Notes: generated by a model from the sequence alone, not told the origin. 63,924 nucleotides of DNA, filler included, from 6 parts of 6 records of this genome joined end to end with filler, not necessarily neighbours in it; one strand, 5' to 3'. Shown: positions 44,101-57,876, numbered from the whole stretch's first letter. Numbers and translations are program-made.

Positions 44101-47100
44101 GGACCGGGCAAGAGTTTGATGATTGCGACAAGAGTGTGGAGCTCAAGGACACAGACTCGGATTTGCTGGAGGCTGGTCGTGACCACGCACACGGCGGCGC
44201 TTTGCTCGGTTGGCATGAACATGAGCAACCGAAAAATGTGCGCAAGGCTCCCGGTCTGTCGTCTGTCTTAAGTCAACGTAGCATGGCATCGGCCTTACAA
44301 GCAATGAAGTCTCATTTTACGATGCCTTTTGCGAGCCCCTTTCTGAACAGCCCTGCGGGTAAGTACGATTCATGGCATTCCGAGATGATGGCGTCGCCCA
44401 ATAGTTTTGGACAATTCAACTGGAAACGCCGTTTATCATGTGACGCAGAAGGTGAATGAAAACATTGAAATATAACGCATAGCTGGTCCAGGCGCTTTGT
44501 ATTGTCTTGTTCACGGCAGTCCTTGATAACCTGTTTATTGTCTAATTGCGACTGTCTGAATGCAAACCAACTACATTGAAGATTTGAGTGGTGCAACTAT
44601 CACCAACAACAGCGAGCATGGGCCGCCGCGGTCACCAGGTGGACTTGGTCACGTGCGACGGCTCCAACTTGACCCTGGTGAGGAAGATTCTTCCGATAGT
44701 GATGTTGAGCCAGATGATGGCGAGGCCGATTTGGGCGCAGGTTCTCCAGTTCTCGAGGTTCGTCTTGCGAGTGGAAATGTCATTGTGATCTGTCGTGAGC
44801 AAATGACGGAAAACGCAACAGAAAGTCGCAAGGCTTGAAATCGTCTCATGCATGGGTTTGGCTGAAGATTGTGCCTGTAGATCTTCCGAAAAGCCCATCA
44901 CACGTGCGCCTCGATCGGCGCAATTTGAGGTCAGCTTCAGATGTGTCTGCAGAGCATCGCGCCCTAGCTGACTCACCTGATCATTTTCAAGACGCCAGTG
45001 GTCCCCTCACCCGAGAGGCTGGACACCTGGACGGCAACTGCGGCGAGCATGCCGGCAGTGATATGCATGAGCCTGATCGTGATTTTACGGGCATTGGGAA
45101 TCGTGGCATTGGGTTGCACGTAAATCTGGAACACTCGACATTTCCAAGCGATACAAAAAGTGAAAATTCGAGCTCTGGCCCAACGGCAGGCTTCTCACCA
45201 GGCAACCTTGCGGCCACAACAGAAACAGTGTCTTTGGTTGAGTGGACGGTGCATAGCTTCTTCAACATGCTGCGCTGTCACTTTCAGGAAGTAGCCAGGT
45301 GCTATGTTATGCTCGACGACATGGCGGGCGTTTCAAAATGCATGGGCGATGAAGCGAGGGAAAAGCTAGCGGAGGCGAGGCGAAGCATCGATCGAAGTGT
45401 CCGTGCCAAGGCTGAAAGTGAGAAAACCTTGAGATTGTTGCAGGCAAATGTGGACAAGACCTTTCGCGAATTTGAAAGCCAGGCACTGAAGCTTGCAAAC
45501 CACAAGTTTAAGATGCCAGATGTGCGGTCAGTATGATTTCTCACACAGCAACAGAATGTGTGCCTGTGTTGTGAGCTTGGAAGCAGCTGATTTTGGCGAA
45601 ACTTATGCTCACTCACTTTTTTTGGTGGACTCGGGGCGGTGCTCTTGGATACTGCAGGTATGAGTGGCCGAACAGTGCAGCTTTGGCTCGGGACATCAAG
45701 TGGAAGACCAAAACAGATTTGAGCAACTTGTTCAAAAAGAAGGCGGACTGTGTGAATGCACATATCGGAGCATTGTTGCAGCCAAATCGTGATGCTTTGG
45801 CGATTGGTGGTTTGAAAAAAGACTACATGTTGCGGATGGTCAATAATGAGTCAGTGGTTGGCAAGTCGTTTGACAGAATTATGCACATCCTTGGACTCGC
45901 TGGGGACCAACGTGGAACTGCCGCAGCATCCGAGCCATTGATATTGGATTTTGGATGCGAGTTTTATGCTCAGGAAAAGGAGGCAACGGCCAAGCACGCT
46001 CATGCTTTGGATGCGCTCGAAGAAGGGCGGATTCAAGACGCTCGTCGTGGAATTGAGGTATTTCCACAAGCAAAAAATTGCGACTCCCGCTGTTCTCAAC
46101 CCGAAAAGGTGTATTTCAGCAAAAAACATTCGGTGTTTAACACGTGGCCTGGCAATTTTGTGTGCTTGGTGGTTTTGCGAAGCTTGAGCAGTTGCAAAGC
46201 AGTTTAGAGACGTTGCGCACAGATGCCATGATCCAGTTGGAAAAGCATGCCATTGTGCGGCTGAATGGCGTCATTGAGCACATCCCAGAAATGGACGCCG
46301 TTTTGGCGGAGTCTGTGGCCCGCACCCTTGGCGCAGTGTCACAGGCGAAGAAGTGGCTGCATAGGGTGGACGTGGACAAGGACTTGAAGGTTGGTCATCT
46401 ATCATGTTGATAGTGTTTTAAAAAGTGTGCAGTACCTGCAAATGCCCGTCCATGGTAGGCCACTTATAGTATAGTTGCACCAAATTCTGTTGTTTAAATT
46501 CTGCGCACAGTTACCTCCACACTTAAAAAGGCTGACGGAACCATTCAATGTCGCCCCATTGCACCTCATGACGTCTCCATCACAGCGCATGGGATCTTCA
46601 CCAATTAGTAGCAAGGCAGCTCATCTCGAAAGTGTGAATGGCAAGGAAGGAACTATTGGCGGCGTTTTCTCCGGAACCCCTGGTTCACCTCCTCGGCCAT
46701 TGCAGGGAGCAATTGATCGTCAATCCAGTGATCTGTCGGCAGGATCTCAAGAAGAATTGCAAGCACAGGCGTACGCTGATGTGGTGGAAGCTTTTTCTCG
46801 CGCAGGTAAAGCCGCAAAGGCTGTGGGAAGCCTGCGACGCTTCTTCGAGCTCTTGGAGCTGAAGGAAACCAATGCAGGTCGTCAATTGCGCGGCGCTTTG
46901 GACGCATTTGCGAACTCGGAAGCCCTTAGAGATCGCAAAGTTAACATTGACCATGGGCGCACACCTTCTTCTGACGACACGGAAGCTGAACAGGAAGGTA
47001 CTTCCGACGCAATGCCGCGATTATCGCGATTCCTGATGCATCTTTGCGATGAAGAAATCCGTGCCGGGTTTGCTTCGGCTGCCATGGCATCAGGGTCTGC

Positions 47101-50100
47101 TGCGAACCGTCTGCAGTGCGTCGAAGCATGCCTGCGCGGCGCTGTCAGCGCTTTGCGTCGCAGTTTTTTGCCAAAAGACCAGGAGGCAGCACACACTTTC
47201 TTGTTTGGTGGTCGTACTCCAGTCCATGGAGCCGGTGCAGCAGTTCATTCGTATGAGGACAATGGCGAAAAGAGCAGTGAGAATGTTCAGCAACCCTTGC
47301 ATCCCAACACTCCGTCCACACAAAATGGTGATTCCAGCAGCGGCGCGTTGTCTGGAGAAGTTGTCAGCCTATTTGATGTATTTTTGCAGAAGCCGATGCA
47401 AAGGAGTGCAGCCGCGAGGGCTGCGCTCGTTGTAGCCAACCAAGAGCTGATTGCTGCAAAGCGCGATTTCAACGAGTCCGCGCTTTTCGCGGCAAGCTCG
47501 CGCCGCAAGTTAGTGAGTGCACAGAACGTGTTCGAACGCGCTCAACTCCTAAGTCAAGCCCACGAAATAATGCAGGTCCGCAAGCTGCAAGCCTGCCATG
47601 CTGCGATCTTCCTGTGCTGGCAAGCTTGTGCCTATGGTTATGTTTAAATGGGTGTGCCTGCTTTTTTTCGCACTTGTGCAGTTGCATTCTCAGGACATCT
47701 GGGCAAATGCAATTCAAACACTGCGAATTCAGCTCAACGAGCTGGCAGCAAAGGCTGTTGATGCAATGGGAGACATTGTGACAGAGTTTTTGGCGCGTGA
47801 GGAAGACAATTTCTCTTGTGCCGCTGCTCCACCGCCGCCATCTGCAACGTCAGCTTCATCAGGAAATGGTGGATGGAATATGCTTCCACTAGGAAAGTCT
47901 AGTGCAGCGGACACGCTTGCAGCCAGTGACCTCACCGAAACCCGCGCTGTGGTCGCAGGTGACGAAGTGAGCTCGGATTGTACCCTCCGCCTCGTCATGC
48001 GCGTGTCGAATCTTCTGCACCATTTTGCGATGGCTCAAGCAGCACGCTTTATAACACCCATTGGTGGGCAATCTGGACCAGCTTCGCTGCGAGATGCTCT
48101 TGCAGCATGTTTGCGCAACTTGCCGGCTTTTGCGTCGACAGACACTTTGCACCACAAGATCCATGAGGCTGCCGCTGTCTTGCCACGGTCTCAAGGGTCC
48201 ACCCTTGTGCAGGCGCCCCATCCCACTGAATTGTCCTCGGTTGAAGTTGCCAGTGCAGACAACTCGTTCAGGAGAGAGCGGGCAAGAACCCACAGTGCTG
48301 GCGCAGAAATGGTTGGGCGAAGTAGGCGACGCAGCAGTAAGCGCCGGAGTAGCCGAGCGTCGAACGTCAGTGGCTCGAGTAGGTGTAGAGCAACTGGTCG
48401 CCGAGGTCATGGTGATCGCGCCCGCACTGTCCGGTGCATTCGCGCAGTATGGACCTTTCTGACAGCTCGGCGAGATCTCGCGGCTCTCATGTATGTTGTG
48501 TCTGCCTTTTTCAACAGTCCAGATGCCCAACTTCTTTGCACCGGTTGACCATCCACTGTGTAAACAGGTACCTGGGTGCTGACGCCTTGCGCGTGTTTGG
48601 AGAGTCCGCGCCGGCGCGGGCACCGGCGCCTCTGCACGTGCATCGTGCCTTGGATCGCCACCTGACTCCTACGGAAGAGTCTGCCGTGAAACTAGCGGAA
48701 GAATATTCTCAGCTTGTGTACAGGCGTCAATCGCTTCTGGCTTGTAGTGCTGGACCTAAGACGCATGAAATTCTGCGAAAAATATTTGCCGCATCCCCAT
48801 CGGCTGCGCTGTTACTTTCGTACATTTTGACCGCGACTCCGTCATTGTCCAAAAGCTTCTTCGGAGGTGGCGCTGATAGTGCAACCAGCATGGAGAAATT
48901 TGATGCATTTTTACAACCCCTGGCGCGGCAGCAAGGTTGGCGTGTTCTTGCCGACATGGCAGTGGAGCGAGCCTTGGCGCCGACTGAAGTGTACGTTGAA
49001 CAGCAATATGCGGATACAACCTGTTTCTTTTGCCAACTTGTTCGAGCTCTTGTGATGTTGGACATGGTCCGTGTGCGCATGGGAAGGTACTTGCACTTTC
49101 GATTGAGGGCCCGGGATGGCGAATATACAGGGCACAAAAGTACGTCATTGTTGGATTTGCTCGCGGTGCCGGAGTTTCAAGCTGGTTTTAAGGATTTCGT
49201 ACGCAAGAATGATGGAGTCCACTTCCCGGGCCCCATGATTCCCGCACTTCATTGCTACTTGGAATTGTCACGGATCCTGGCACGTGCCGGTCTTTTTGCT
49301 GTCCAGCAGCTCCCAGGGCGGGCTGCGGCTACTTTACACCTTGGTGGTCATGCTGGAATTGGCGCCTCGAACAATTTTCAACCGCCCACACCGGCCACCC
49401 GTGCTGCTGCAGGGGAAGCTCGAAGGCATGATGACACCGTTGGCATTTTGACCCAGGGCATGACTGATGAAATTGCGCGTGCTGTTTGCCAGCAACGCGC
49501 AGCGCCAGTTTACAAGCACAGAAGTCACGCTGTTGCTGTGACTGCTTGGCCTCCCTCGCCGAAGGTCAATTCCAGTAGCAAAGGGGCGGAGGTCAAGGAG
49601 GCTGTGCCGGTTGCTCTACCGGATGTCTCTGCGCAACAGGCCAGTGTCATCGCTAGTATTGCTGTGTTGCTGGAAAAGTTTTTCTCACCTGCAACTTCCG
49701 ATTCGGGTGTCAACGAAGAGGCAGCAGTGAATGCCTCTATTGACCTAGGGCCTGGAGGGGATTCGTTGCTGCGAGAGATGCAGGCTGCACTTGCGCAAGA
49801 GAACACAGGGAACGCTGTAGTGCTTTCCTGGAGGTTGAAATCTCGCCTCGGAGCGGCTTTGCGCCAAGCTTTTGACATGTTCCGTGTATCAGAAGAAGGA
49901 CGGCGAGTTCTGTCAGCCACGCATTCATCGGCTCGAACCCACTCTCGAGCGACGTCGCCACTTGAAGCGGGAGGTCAATATTCTGGAGCTAGTGGTGGCG
50001 CAAGACCGACTGATGACGATTCGGATAGCAGCGACGATTGGGACGATGAAGGCGAAGGCTTGATTGGTAAGGTCTTGAGAGTATTGACATCAGAACTCGG

Positions 50101-50578
50101 AGCGAACTCTCTTGAAATCGGTCGCGATGTGGCCTTCAACACTGTTGTTGCCGATTTGGCACCCAAATTGGTGGAGTGCATTGGGCAGTCAGGCTGGTGG
50201 TGTTCGGTTTGGGCTGATCTGTGGCGTTTGATGGCCAACGACAACAACATTCGTGAGGACTTTGTGTACCCAAGCCCTTCGCTGCCACCGCCACCTGCTG
50301 CAGCCGCAGGGGTGCTGCGCGAATCTGCGGCTGGTGCCGGGAGCACTGGAGTTCCATCGTGGTTCAACCCGGGATTGAGCACAGCCCCCAAATTGGGTAT
50401 TGCGCACTCTCCAGCGGCCGCAAACGCGGCGTTTCAGGAGGCAGATCGAGTACAGCGGCACCTGCACACACAGTGGGCGTACATATTGAATCTCGTGACA
50501 AGGCACCTGACGCGAGTCGATAAGCACGTGAAGGCTGCAATTTCAAAGGCAGCAAAGCAAGCCCGGAGTCGTTGCTGA
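38132..50578 (+). CDS. very large multi-exon eukaryotic DENN-domain protein with RGS-like and coiled-coil (F-BAR-like) regions; 5'-truncated, span approximate
   Basis: uDENN HSFLITNE....YVSCL; cDENN IFGCLLLEMRVV...LLFPFNWQHPYIP and PVPFFVGMP; dDENN VRQAF...FDTEGFI...FFRGFPETSLFTEFL. Successive + strand ORFs are separated by short GT-AG introns. It could be more than one gene. Confidence 0.7.
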
Positions 50579-50852
50579 CTGGTCGCTGGTGGTGCAATTG
50601 CAGTCCTCACCACGCCCGTTTGCGTTGTGGGGATCGCAGAACAGGCTTCAGGGCGGGACGTCCGGTCTACGCAAACATTTTGTGCACGAGCGTCGGCCGA
50701 CGTTCCTTCATTCAAACTACGTGTGCCTTGAGTTTTTGTTTTTACTAATAAGATAAAGGTCCAACGTGCGTGTCCCCACAGTTCTTGCCAAACACGGCAT
50801 CCAGCAACAAGCTTGAAAAGAGCGAGAGAGACCATGCGCGTCGTGCCCCGCC

Positions 50853-51800
50853 TCACTTGGCTGCTTTCTTTTTGGCCTTTTTCGACTTCTTGGCGCTTTT
50901 CTTTTTTTCCTCCTTGGACTTTTCCGTGGGTGTCGAGGACGCCGGCTTGGTTTTCTTTTTTTTCACTTCCTTCGTCTTTTTCTTGGGCGGAGGGGCTTCC
51001 GGCTGCGACTGCTTCCGCTTCTTCGACTGTTTTTTCTTCGCCTCCTTGGCCTTGGCAGGGGCAGGAGCGGCTTCACTTTCGCTGTCACTGCTATCGCTGC
51101 TGCTATCATCACCTTCACTGCCGCTGCTGCTGGAGTCGCTGCTAGTACCGTCGTCGTCGTCGTCACTGCTGCTGCTGCTGCTGCTGCTGGAGTCTGAGTC
51201 TTCCTCCCTCACCGCGTCCTGCGGCGCCCTTGCCTTCAGCACAGACGGATCAGCTGCCACGCGGTGAAAGCCTTTTGCCCATGGGTCGCTATCGATGCCG
51301 AGCACTTGGTTGAGGTCGTGTTGAGAGTACGCCCGCGCGTTCTTCGAGCGCACGCGCCGCTTGTCGACGGTGAGCGCTGGAGCTTGGTTGCGCCGTTTCT
51401 GCTGCTTCTTCTTCGTCTTCTTGTTCTTCTTGGCGGTCTTCTTGCGCTGCTTCTTGGCCTGCTTGCTCTCGACCTTGGCCTTTTGGGACAGGGACTTGAG
51501 CACGTCGTTGAAGTTAGTGAGGTTCTTCTTGAACTGGCTGTCGCCCACCAGGCTCTCGGCAGCCTGCCCCACCCCCTCGTGGTCGATGCGCCGGTCGATC
51601 TTGACGAACGTCGCGTCGCCGTCTTCGTTCTTGCCGAGCCCCTTGCCTTCCTTCCAGCCCATCTTCTCCAGCATTCGCCGCCCGAACGCGGACTTGTCCT
51701 CCACCCAGCGCCTGTTCACTGTTCCACCCAGCTGGAGCAGCGTGCTTCCAATGGGCGCGCTGCTGCCGTTGTTGCTCATATCTGCTGCTGTTGCTGCCAT
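50853..51800 (-). CDS. G-patch protein, PinX1/Pxr1-like
   Basis: W..DKSAFGRRMLEKMGWKEGKGLGKNEDG...GVG, F..VL..L, DL..VLG and a Lys-rich C-terminus. Confidence 0.85.
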   Translation of the reverse strand: MAATAADMSNNGSSAPIGSTLLQLGGTVNRRWVEDKSAFGRRMLEKMGWKEGKGLGKNEDGDATFVKIDRRIDHEGVGQAAESLVGDSQFKKNLTNFNDVLKSLSQKAKVESKQAKKQRKKTAKKNKKTKKKQQKRRNQAPALTVDKRRVRSKNARAYSQHDLNQVLGIDSDPWAKGFHRVAADPSVLKARAPQDAVREEDSDSSSSSSSSSDDDDDGTSSDSSSSGSEGDDSSSDSSDSESEAAPAPAKAKEAKKKQSKKRKQSQPEAPPPKKKTKEVKKKKTKPASSTPTEKSKEEKKKSAKKSKKAKKKAAK

Positions 51801-51897
51801 CCTGCCAGAAGACGCTAAGGGAGCTGCTGGCTCACGCAACACCTCGATCTACCTTCAACTTCAACTCGGTCGCAAGACAAGAGGAGAGACAAAACGA

Positions 51898-51919
51898 CAC
51901 ACACACACACACACACACA
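51898..51919. repeat. (CA)n microsatellite at contig end
   Basis: cacacacacacacacacacaca. Confidence 0.85.
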
Positions 51920-52019
51920 NNNNNNNNNNNNNNNNNNNNNNNNNNNNNNNNNNNNNNNNNNNNTTAATTAATTAANNNNNNNNNNNNNNNNNNNNNNNNN
52001 NNNNNNNNNNNNNNNNNNN
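51920..52019. other. artificial contig linker
   Basis: N44-TTAATTAATTAA-N44. Confidence 0.98.
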
Positions 52020-52075
52020 ACCCCCCCCCCCCCCATTCACTCTCTCTCACACACATACAATACACAAAGAAAGCA

Positions 52076-54296
52076 ATGCCTTCGAAGCGCAAGGCGCCGG
52101 AGGCCGCGGGCTCCGCCTCTGTGTCGGCCTCAGACAAAGCTCAGAAACGCCTCCTGGGAGAGCAGCGTAGGCTGGAGGCGCTGGCCGCGAAGAGGGCGCA
52201 GCACAAGCAACGCAACAAAGCCACTCTCTCAAGGCGGATATCAGTGGCTGCAGTGCCCCCTCCTGCAGGCAGCAGGACGCGCCTTGTGTTTGATTCGTCT
52301 TCTGATGAGGACGACGGCGGAGGCGATTCAATACACGCAGGCGAGGACAAGGATGCGGCTGGGAGCAAGGACACGCGCACGAGTGCCGCGGGTGCAGCGT
52401 CGCAGACAGTGGCGGCAAAAGTTAGGAAAAACTGGATGGGCTCAGACTCAGACTCGGACTCCGACTCTGGGGACTCCAGTGATGATGACGACGATGAGAG
52501 CGATGGTAGTTCGTCAGCTAGTGCTTCCGCAGGAAACACACAAGGCAAGAGGCTGAAGGGGCTGCTAGGAAGTGACAGCAGCGACAGCGACAGCCAGAGT
52601 GAAGCCAGTGGCAGTGCCAGCGACGATGACGAAGACGAGTCACAGTTGGCGCGTCGGTTCCGACTTCGGCCGGAGTTCGAAGGTGTCGCCGGAAAGCGGC
52701 TGCTGGATCTGCAACGCCGCGTGGCAGATCCGCGTTTCGAGTTTGATTCGCGATTCGCGGACTCTCTTGAAGACGGGTCTGGTGTGGGGTCCGGTACAGG
52801 CGACGATGCTGCCGATGCCACTTCTGAAGCTGGTAGCAATCGCAGCGACAAAGTTGGAGAAGACGTTATTGCAGAGAATACTCACTCACTGGCGTTGCTA
52901 GGGTCATTGTTTACCGGTGTAGTGAACCCTGCAGCCCCAGTGAACCCGAATGAAAGCGAGGAAGCTGCAGTGCAAGATGCAAAGCATCTTTTCGGGAAAA
53001 TGATCAAGCAGGCTCGTTTTGACCCAACCGCACTGACCTCCAAGTCATCTGTCTCTGGGAAAAAGCACAAACAATCGATCGCCGCTGATCCTGCAGATGC
53101 AGCACAGAACTCGGCTGAAAGCACGAGCTTAACTGGGACAGAGAACTCCGACCCCGGGTCACGCAGGAAAAAGACCGCGCCCAGCTCCCTGGGTTCGAGC
53201 AGTACCGCCGCGCTTGCGGTCGTGACAGCAGAGGAAGATGAAAGCTTGCAGCGCGGCGAGTTCAAGGTGAAAAGTGGCTGGAGTCAGCTGTTTAATCGCA
53301 AAGACACGTCTACAGCGAGTTCCACAAATTCGGGCAGAGTCGTTGAGGTTACGACGGAGGAGCTCGAGCGCGGAGGCAAGTCAACGACAGAAGAACATCG
53401 TGAAGCTTACGTCCAAGCGAATAAACAGGATCCTATCATGTTTTCCTTTGGATTTGACGTTGACGGAGATTCCGGTGCAGCGAATTCCCTCGGCGATGAC
53501 CACGGAGACACTGGCACCGGGCAGTCTGCAATTGTTGCAGCTTTCGATGGCGAAGGAGGGACTCAAGACGCGACAGTGGCGGCTGCCGAGGCTGCTGCTG
53601 CCGGAAAATACGGTAAAAAATATCGTGACATTCTCGACTATGGGTACGTGACACGGCTGCGTTTGTGTTGGAAAGTGGTTGCGAGTGGGGCGGAGTAGGG
53701 ACGAATCTCACAAATGAAATCAACAAGTTTTCCTAAGGGTCTGAATGAAATTGTGAAGACCTAAAACTGACGATGTGAGGAGTGTTCGATGGCGGGATCA
53801 TGAATCAACTTGCAAGTTTTGCTCGTTAATTCAGTCATTGACGTGTGTTGTTGTTTGCACTGGCTCATTGTTGTTGGCAGTCGGTCCATGTTGGACATGG
53901 ATTCCCAACAATTGAACGACCATGGTGGCGATTTCAATGCACACGACCAAGACCAAGTTGACGAAGATGGTGCACCACCACACGGAGAGTCCGACTCCTT
54001 GTCGCGCCAGCAACCTGCTAGAGACCAGGTTTCGGGGGCCTTGTTCTACAACCCACGCTTGCAAGTGCGTGAGAGAAAAGGGCGAGCAAGATTACACGAG
54101 GAGCTGTCAGCCGAACAGGAGGCGGAGTGGCAGGTTGGGCAATGCGCGACATTACTTTGTCGAGAAATCTCACTGCCAGTTGGAAGGGTGACTGATCGAT
54201 TTTGTTTTTTGCTGGGATACTCGGGTGCAGGACATGAGGTTCAGGCTAACTCGCGACTTCAAACGCAAACACAAGGAGGTTCGGATTGCTGTGTAA
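52076..54296 (+). CDS. NOL8-like nucleolar protein (multi-exon; span approximate)
   Basis: RLVFDSSSDEDD; RFRLRPEFEG.AGKRLLDLQ....DPRF.FDSRF; RFDP; last exon RLTRDFKRKHKE. These resemble NOL8 C-terminal motifs. Acidic Ser-rich tracts. Confidence 0.7.
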
Positions 54297-54621
54297 CGTG
54301 TGGCAGGAATGGGGCTCTCTTTGAAACTAGACTCAGCAAGATGTTGCCTTCCTTGTTGACTGAATAGGCCACGCGGCTTGGTGTGCATCAGCGCCGAAGT
54401 TACAGCCACCTGATCAATTTAAGGAGCTGACTTTCTTGCACCCAGCTGGAGATCACATCGATCACTCTGGCAGATTGTGCTTCCTGCAACAAACACTTTG
54501 ATTGAGCGCGGAGTTCGTAGCACTTCGAAAGCTAGTCAGCGGGTTTTTTCTTTTCTTCTAAGTGTCAAAATCAAACTGCTTCCAGACCTACTTCCAGTTT
54601 AGGGACAGCCGTTTCAAACTT

Positions 54622-57600
54622 CTAGCCCGTCTCGATGCGCGACAGCGGGTCCCGAATCAACCGTGCGAAGTGCTGAGCTGCAGTGGGGGCCCGTGACGCC
54701 CCACTTGCAATGTCTACTGAGCTGACCTTTTCCTCGTGGGTGCTGTCCCCGTCAGAGATGAAGTGCTCGCGCATCGGACGGTTGCGGCGGCTCCAAGCTT
54801 CATTTTCCAGTTGATCTTCCAGTGTAATGCCTCCACTTTGTGCCATACTTGTCTGAATAAGCCTCGCTTCAGCGGGCGTCCTAGTGAGAGAAAACATTGT
54901 GCGGGCAACAGACGCATCAAGAAGACCTGCCTTGAGCAATTTTGAGTGCAGCTTCCACGCTGCCGCCCGCCCATCATCGCCCGCGAGCGAGAAAACGTTG
55001 ATCTGCGAACGCCGCATTCGCGACAGCGACGGCTGCCCAAGATTCAAGACCTACAACGAAAAGGCCAAAAGCTGAGCTGAAGCTTTTATGTGCTGCAGTC
55101 GAACGGCATTTCCTGTCGCAGCCGCATGTACGTACATCGAGGAAATGCTCATCAGCCTTAATACCCAACTGGGGAAGCCGGTTCTCGAACAACTCACGAG
55201 CAGCATTCTCATTCCCCTCCACTCGCATTCGCGTGAGCAGAGTTGTGTAGCTGATCAAGTCAGGGCGAATGCCCAGTGCCTATCGTGCAGTTTGGTGGAC
55301 ACATCTTGTCAAAAAAATAAAATGCTCAATCAGTTTTCGCATCGTCGCGAACATGCGATTCGAGCAAGATCGTTCATGCCAACGCACTTCCATGTTCTGC
55401 AATACTTGCTCCTGGCTCTCGAGATCGTAGCAAAGTCGAAGTACTGAGTTGAAAACTAAGCCATCTGCTTTTCGGCGACTGACCAGTGCACCGACAAGCT
55501 GTCGAATGGCTTCACGCCCTGGAACGCCCATGAAACTCCATTTTTTCAATAGCGACACGCGAAGTCGAGACAATGATCTCGCTTTGGATTTACTATTGCG
55601 ACAAGGTAGCGGGAATTCACAGAACAAACATAACTAACAAGTTCGAGTCGCGGCATGATGACGCTCGCAACAGGCACCAGTCCTTCAGGTATCAGACCTG
55701 CGCGACGGCCCCGCAGCGAGGGAGGCTTCTAACCGCTTCCGATGCTCGGCGAGTCCCAGGTTGCCCAGTTCATGGTCCAAAAACTCTTGCACCATCTCGT
55801 CGGAGCCTTCAAGCATCAAGCGCCCCAGATACCTTCCGCGCAGAGAAAAATACATGCCGCAGGCAGGAGCAGAATCGGAAAAGTCGCAGTTTGTGAGCAG
55901 AAGCGCAGCATTTGAAACCAGACAAGATGCAGCAGAGCAGGCACACTTGAGGGCAGTGTTGGGTCAAGCCACCGCGACGCACTCTGCATAAAAAATGGGG
56001 CTCGGTTCCAAGTTGTATTCATTGATCAGGCGGTCTATCTGAGCCTTTTGAGCAGTGGCGGAGAAACAGTTTTGCAGATACCTGCCAAAAACAATGAAGA
56101 AGATTTCTGAAACCGCATTCATCACGGAAAAGGCAGACGTTCGCTAGACGTCACGCACATGTCCCCCATGCACGGGCCACGTACACTGCGAAAAAAATAG
56201 GGTCCATTGTGTGCGTGCCCACTTCCAATAGCCCATCAAACAAGCGGTCCGCGCTTCGCAAGCCATCGGCACCGAACGATGAAAGGTATCGAAGAAGCTG
56301 CGTGCGCTTCACGATCAGCTGACGGCCATCCGTGGGAGAGTCTACAAGGGCCTGCGCGCGGCCGCTAACATGCAGTCCACTGCCATTAGTGGGGAGCTGC
56401 CACATTCATGCGAGTAGACAACCATGCCAAGCGTTCATCAGTGAAGGCAAAAGTAGTCGATGAGGATGAGGATGATGATGAGATTGCAGAGGAGTTAGCG
56501 TAGAAAGTTCATTCCCACCAACAGCAAAATAAATGTAATATCAGACCTCAAGAAGGAGCTGGCGCGCCGCTTCGGCGTCGCCTTCAATGCACAAGCGGGT
56601 GACTAATTCGGTGTACCTGCACAATTGCACCAAAAAATACACCGTGGAGCAAAGCTTCAACGAAAGGTTCTTGGTTAACACAAATAACCCAACAAAAAAT
56701 AACGGCAACAGCTTGGTCCCGTACATCGAGCTATTTGCTTTCATGCCAGGAAGCAAGTCGTCGTTCAGAAGTCCGATCATGGCTCGAATATCGTCGCTTG
56801 ATAAGCAGTGATTGTGCACGATTTGCTGGCAGCGCAGTTGCGGCGTCAGCGCGGGTGCCATGTCAGCGTGAGGCACCAATTGTGGCAACGGGGAGTCGTC
56901 GATATCGTCCTCCTCCAGATTAACGTCTTTTGGGTCTTCCTGAACGGGTTTCGGCTCAGAATCTTGCATCGCTGCAGTCCGCTGAGCAAGCTTTGCTTTT
57001 GCGTACGCAAAGTTGATTTCAGTTTCCATGCCCCGGCGCCGCATGTTGAGCAAACGCTCACGCTCTTCAGTCGGAAGTTGGCTCCACCGGAATCGCTTCG
57101 CTTCATCGCTCACTGCCTTAGGGCGCCAATTTTCCACCCCGGTAGGGTCTTTCTCAGCATGAAGTACAAGGTCAAAGAAGGACGTCCATGTGTTCCGGTA
57201 CGCGAAGACATTGGCGCTGCTCGCCGTCATTGTCGTGGGTCGGAACTGCAGTGCAGACGGAATGGCACGAGGCTTCCGGTCGCCCGAGGGTGGCGGCGCC
57301 GAAGACGACGCTGGTTTGTGCCCCGTTGCATTGTTGCTGTTCTTTTTATTCTTCGTGCCGCCGCTGTGAGTGCTTGGACTCTCGTGCGACTGTGGGCTGG
57401 CTTTGGGCTTGACACGGCCGCTGTCTGCGGCGGCATGGTTGTTTTTGACGTTGTGCTTCGTCGCGCGGGTCCCTTCGTGGTACTTTTTGTTGAGGAAGGC
57501 GCGTCTCGCACGCCGGTTCGGCCGCGGCGCTACTTCACCACCTGCCTCGCTTTGTGGCACTCGCAGCTGCTCAGGCGACGCCGTCGAGAGCACGGCGGCT

Positions 57601-57815
57601 TCGAAAACTTTCTTCCGCTTGTCGGTCTTGTCGGTCGTAGCTGGCCGCTTCGCTGCCAACGACGCGTCAGAGTCGGACGACTCTGCGGGCGTGGAGGAGA
57701 AGTTCGACGCTGAGAGCGACGAGCGGAAGGAAGCGCGCGAAGCACTCACGCGTCGCGCCACGTGTGCCGAGAGCCCACGTCGGAGGCGCTGGTGGGCTGC
57801 TCGCAACCGAGACAT
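54622..57815 (-). CDS. pentatricopeptide-repeat (PPR)-like protein, probably mitochondrial (multi-exon; span approximate)
   Basis: Arg/Ser/Ala-rich N-terminus (MSRLRAAHQRLRRGLSAHVARRVS). PPR-like units YTELVTRLCIEGDAEAARQLL, ADGLVFNSVLRLC and PDLISYTTLLTRMRVEGNENAARELFE..LPQLGIKAD. Confidence 0.65.
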
Positions 57816-57876
57816 GCGGCTCGTTTCAACTGTCCGCGGTTACCTCTGTACCCACGAGACACTCTCAGTCAGTCAG

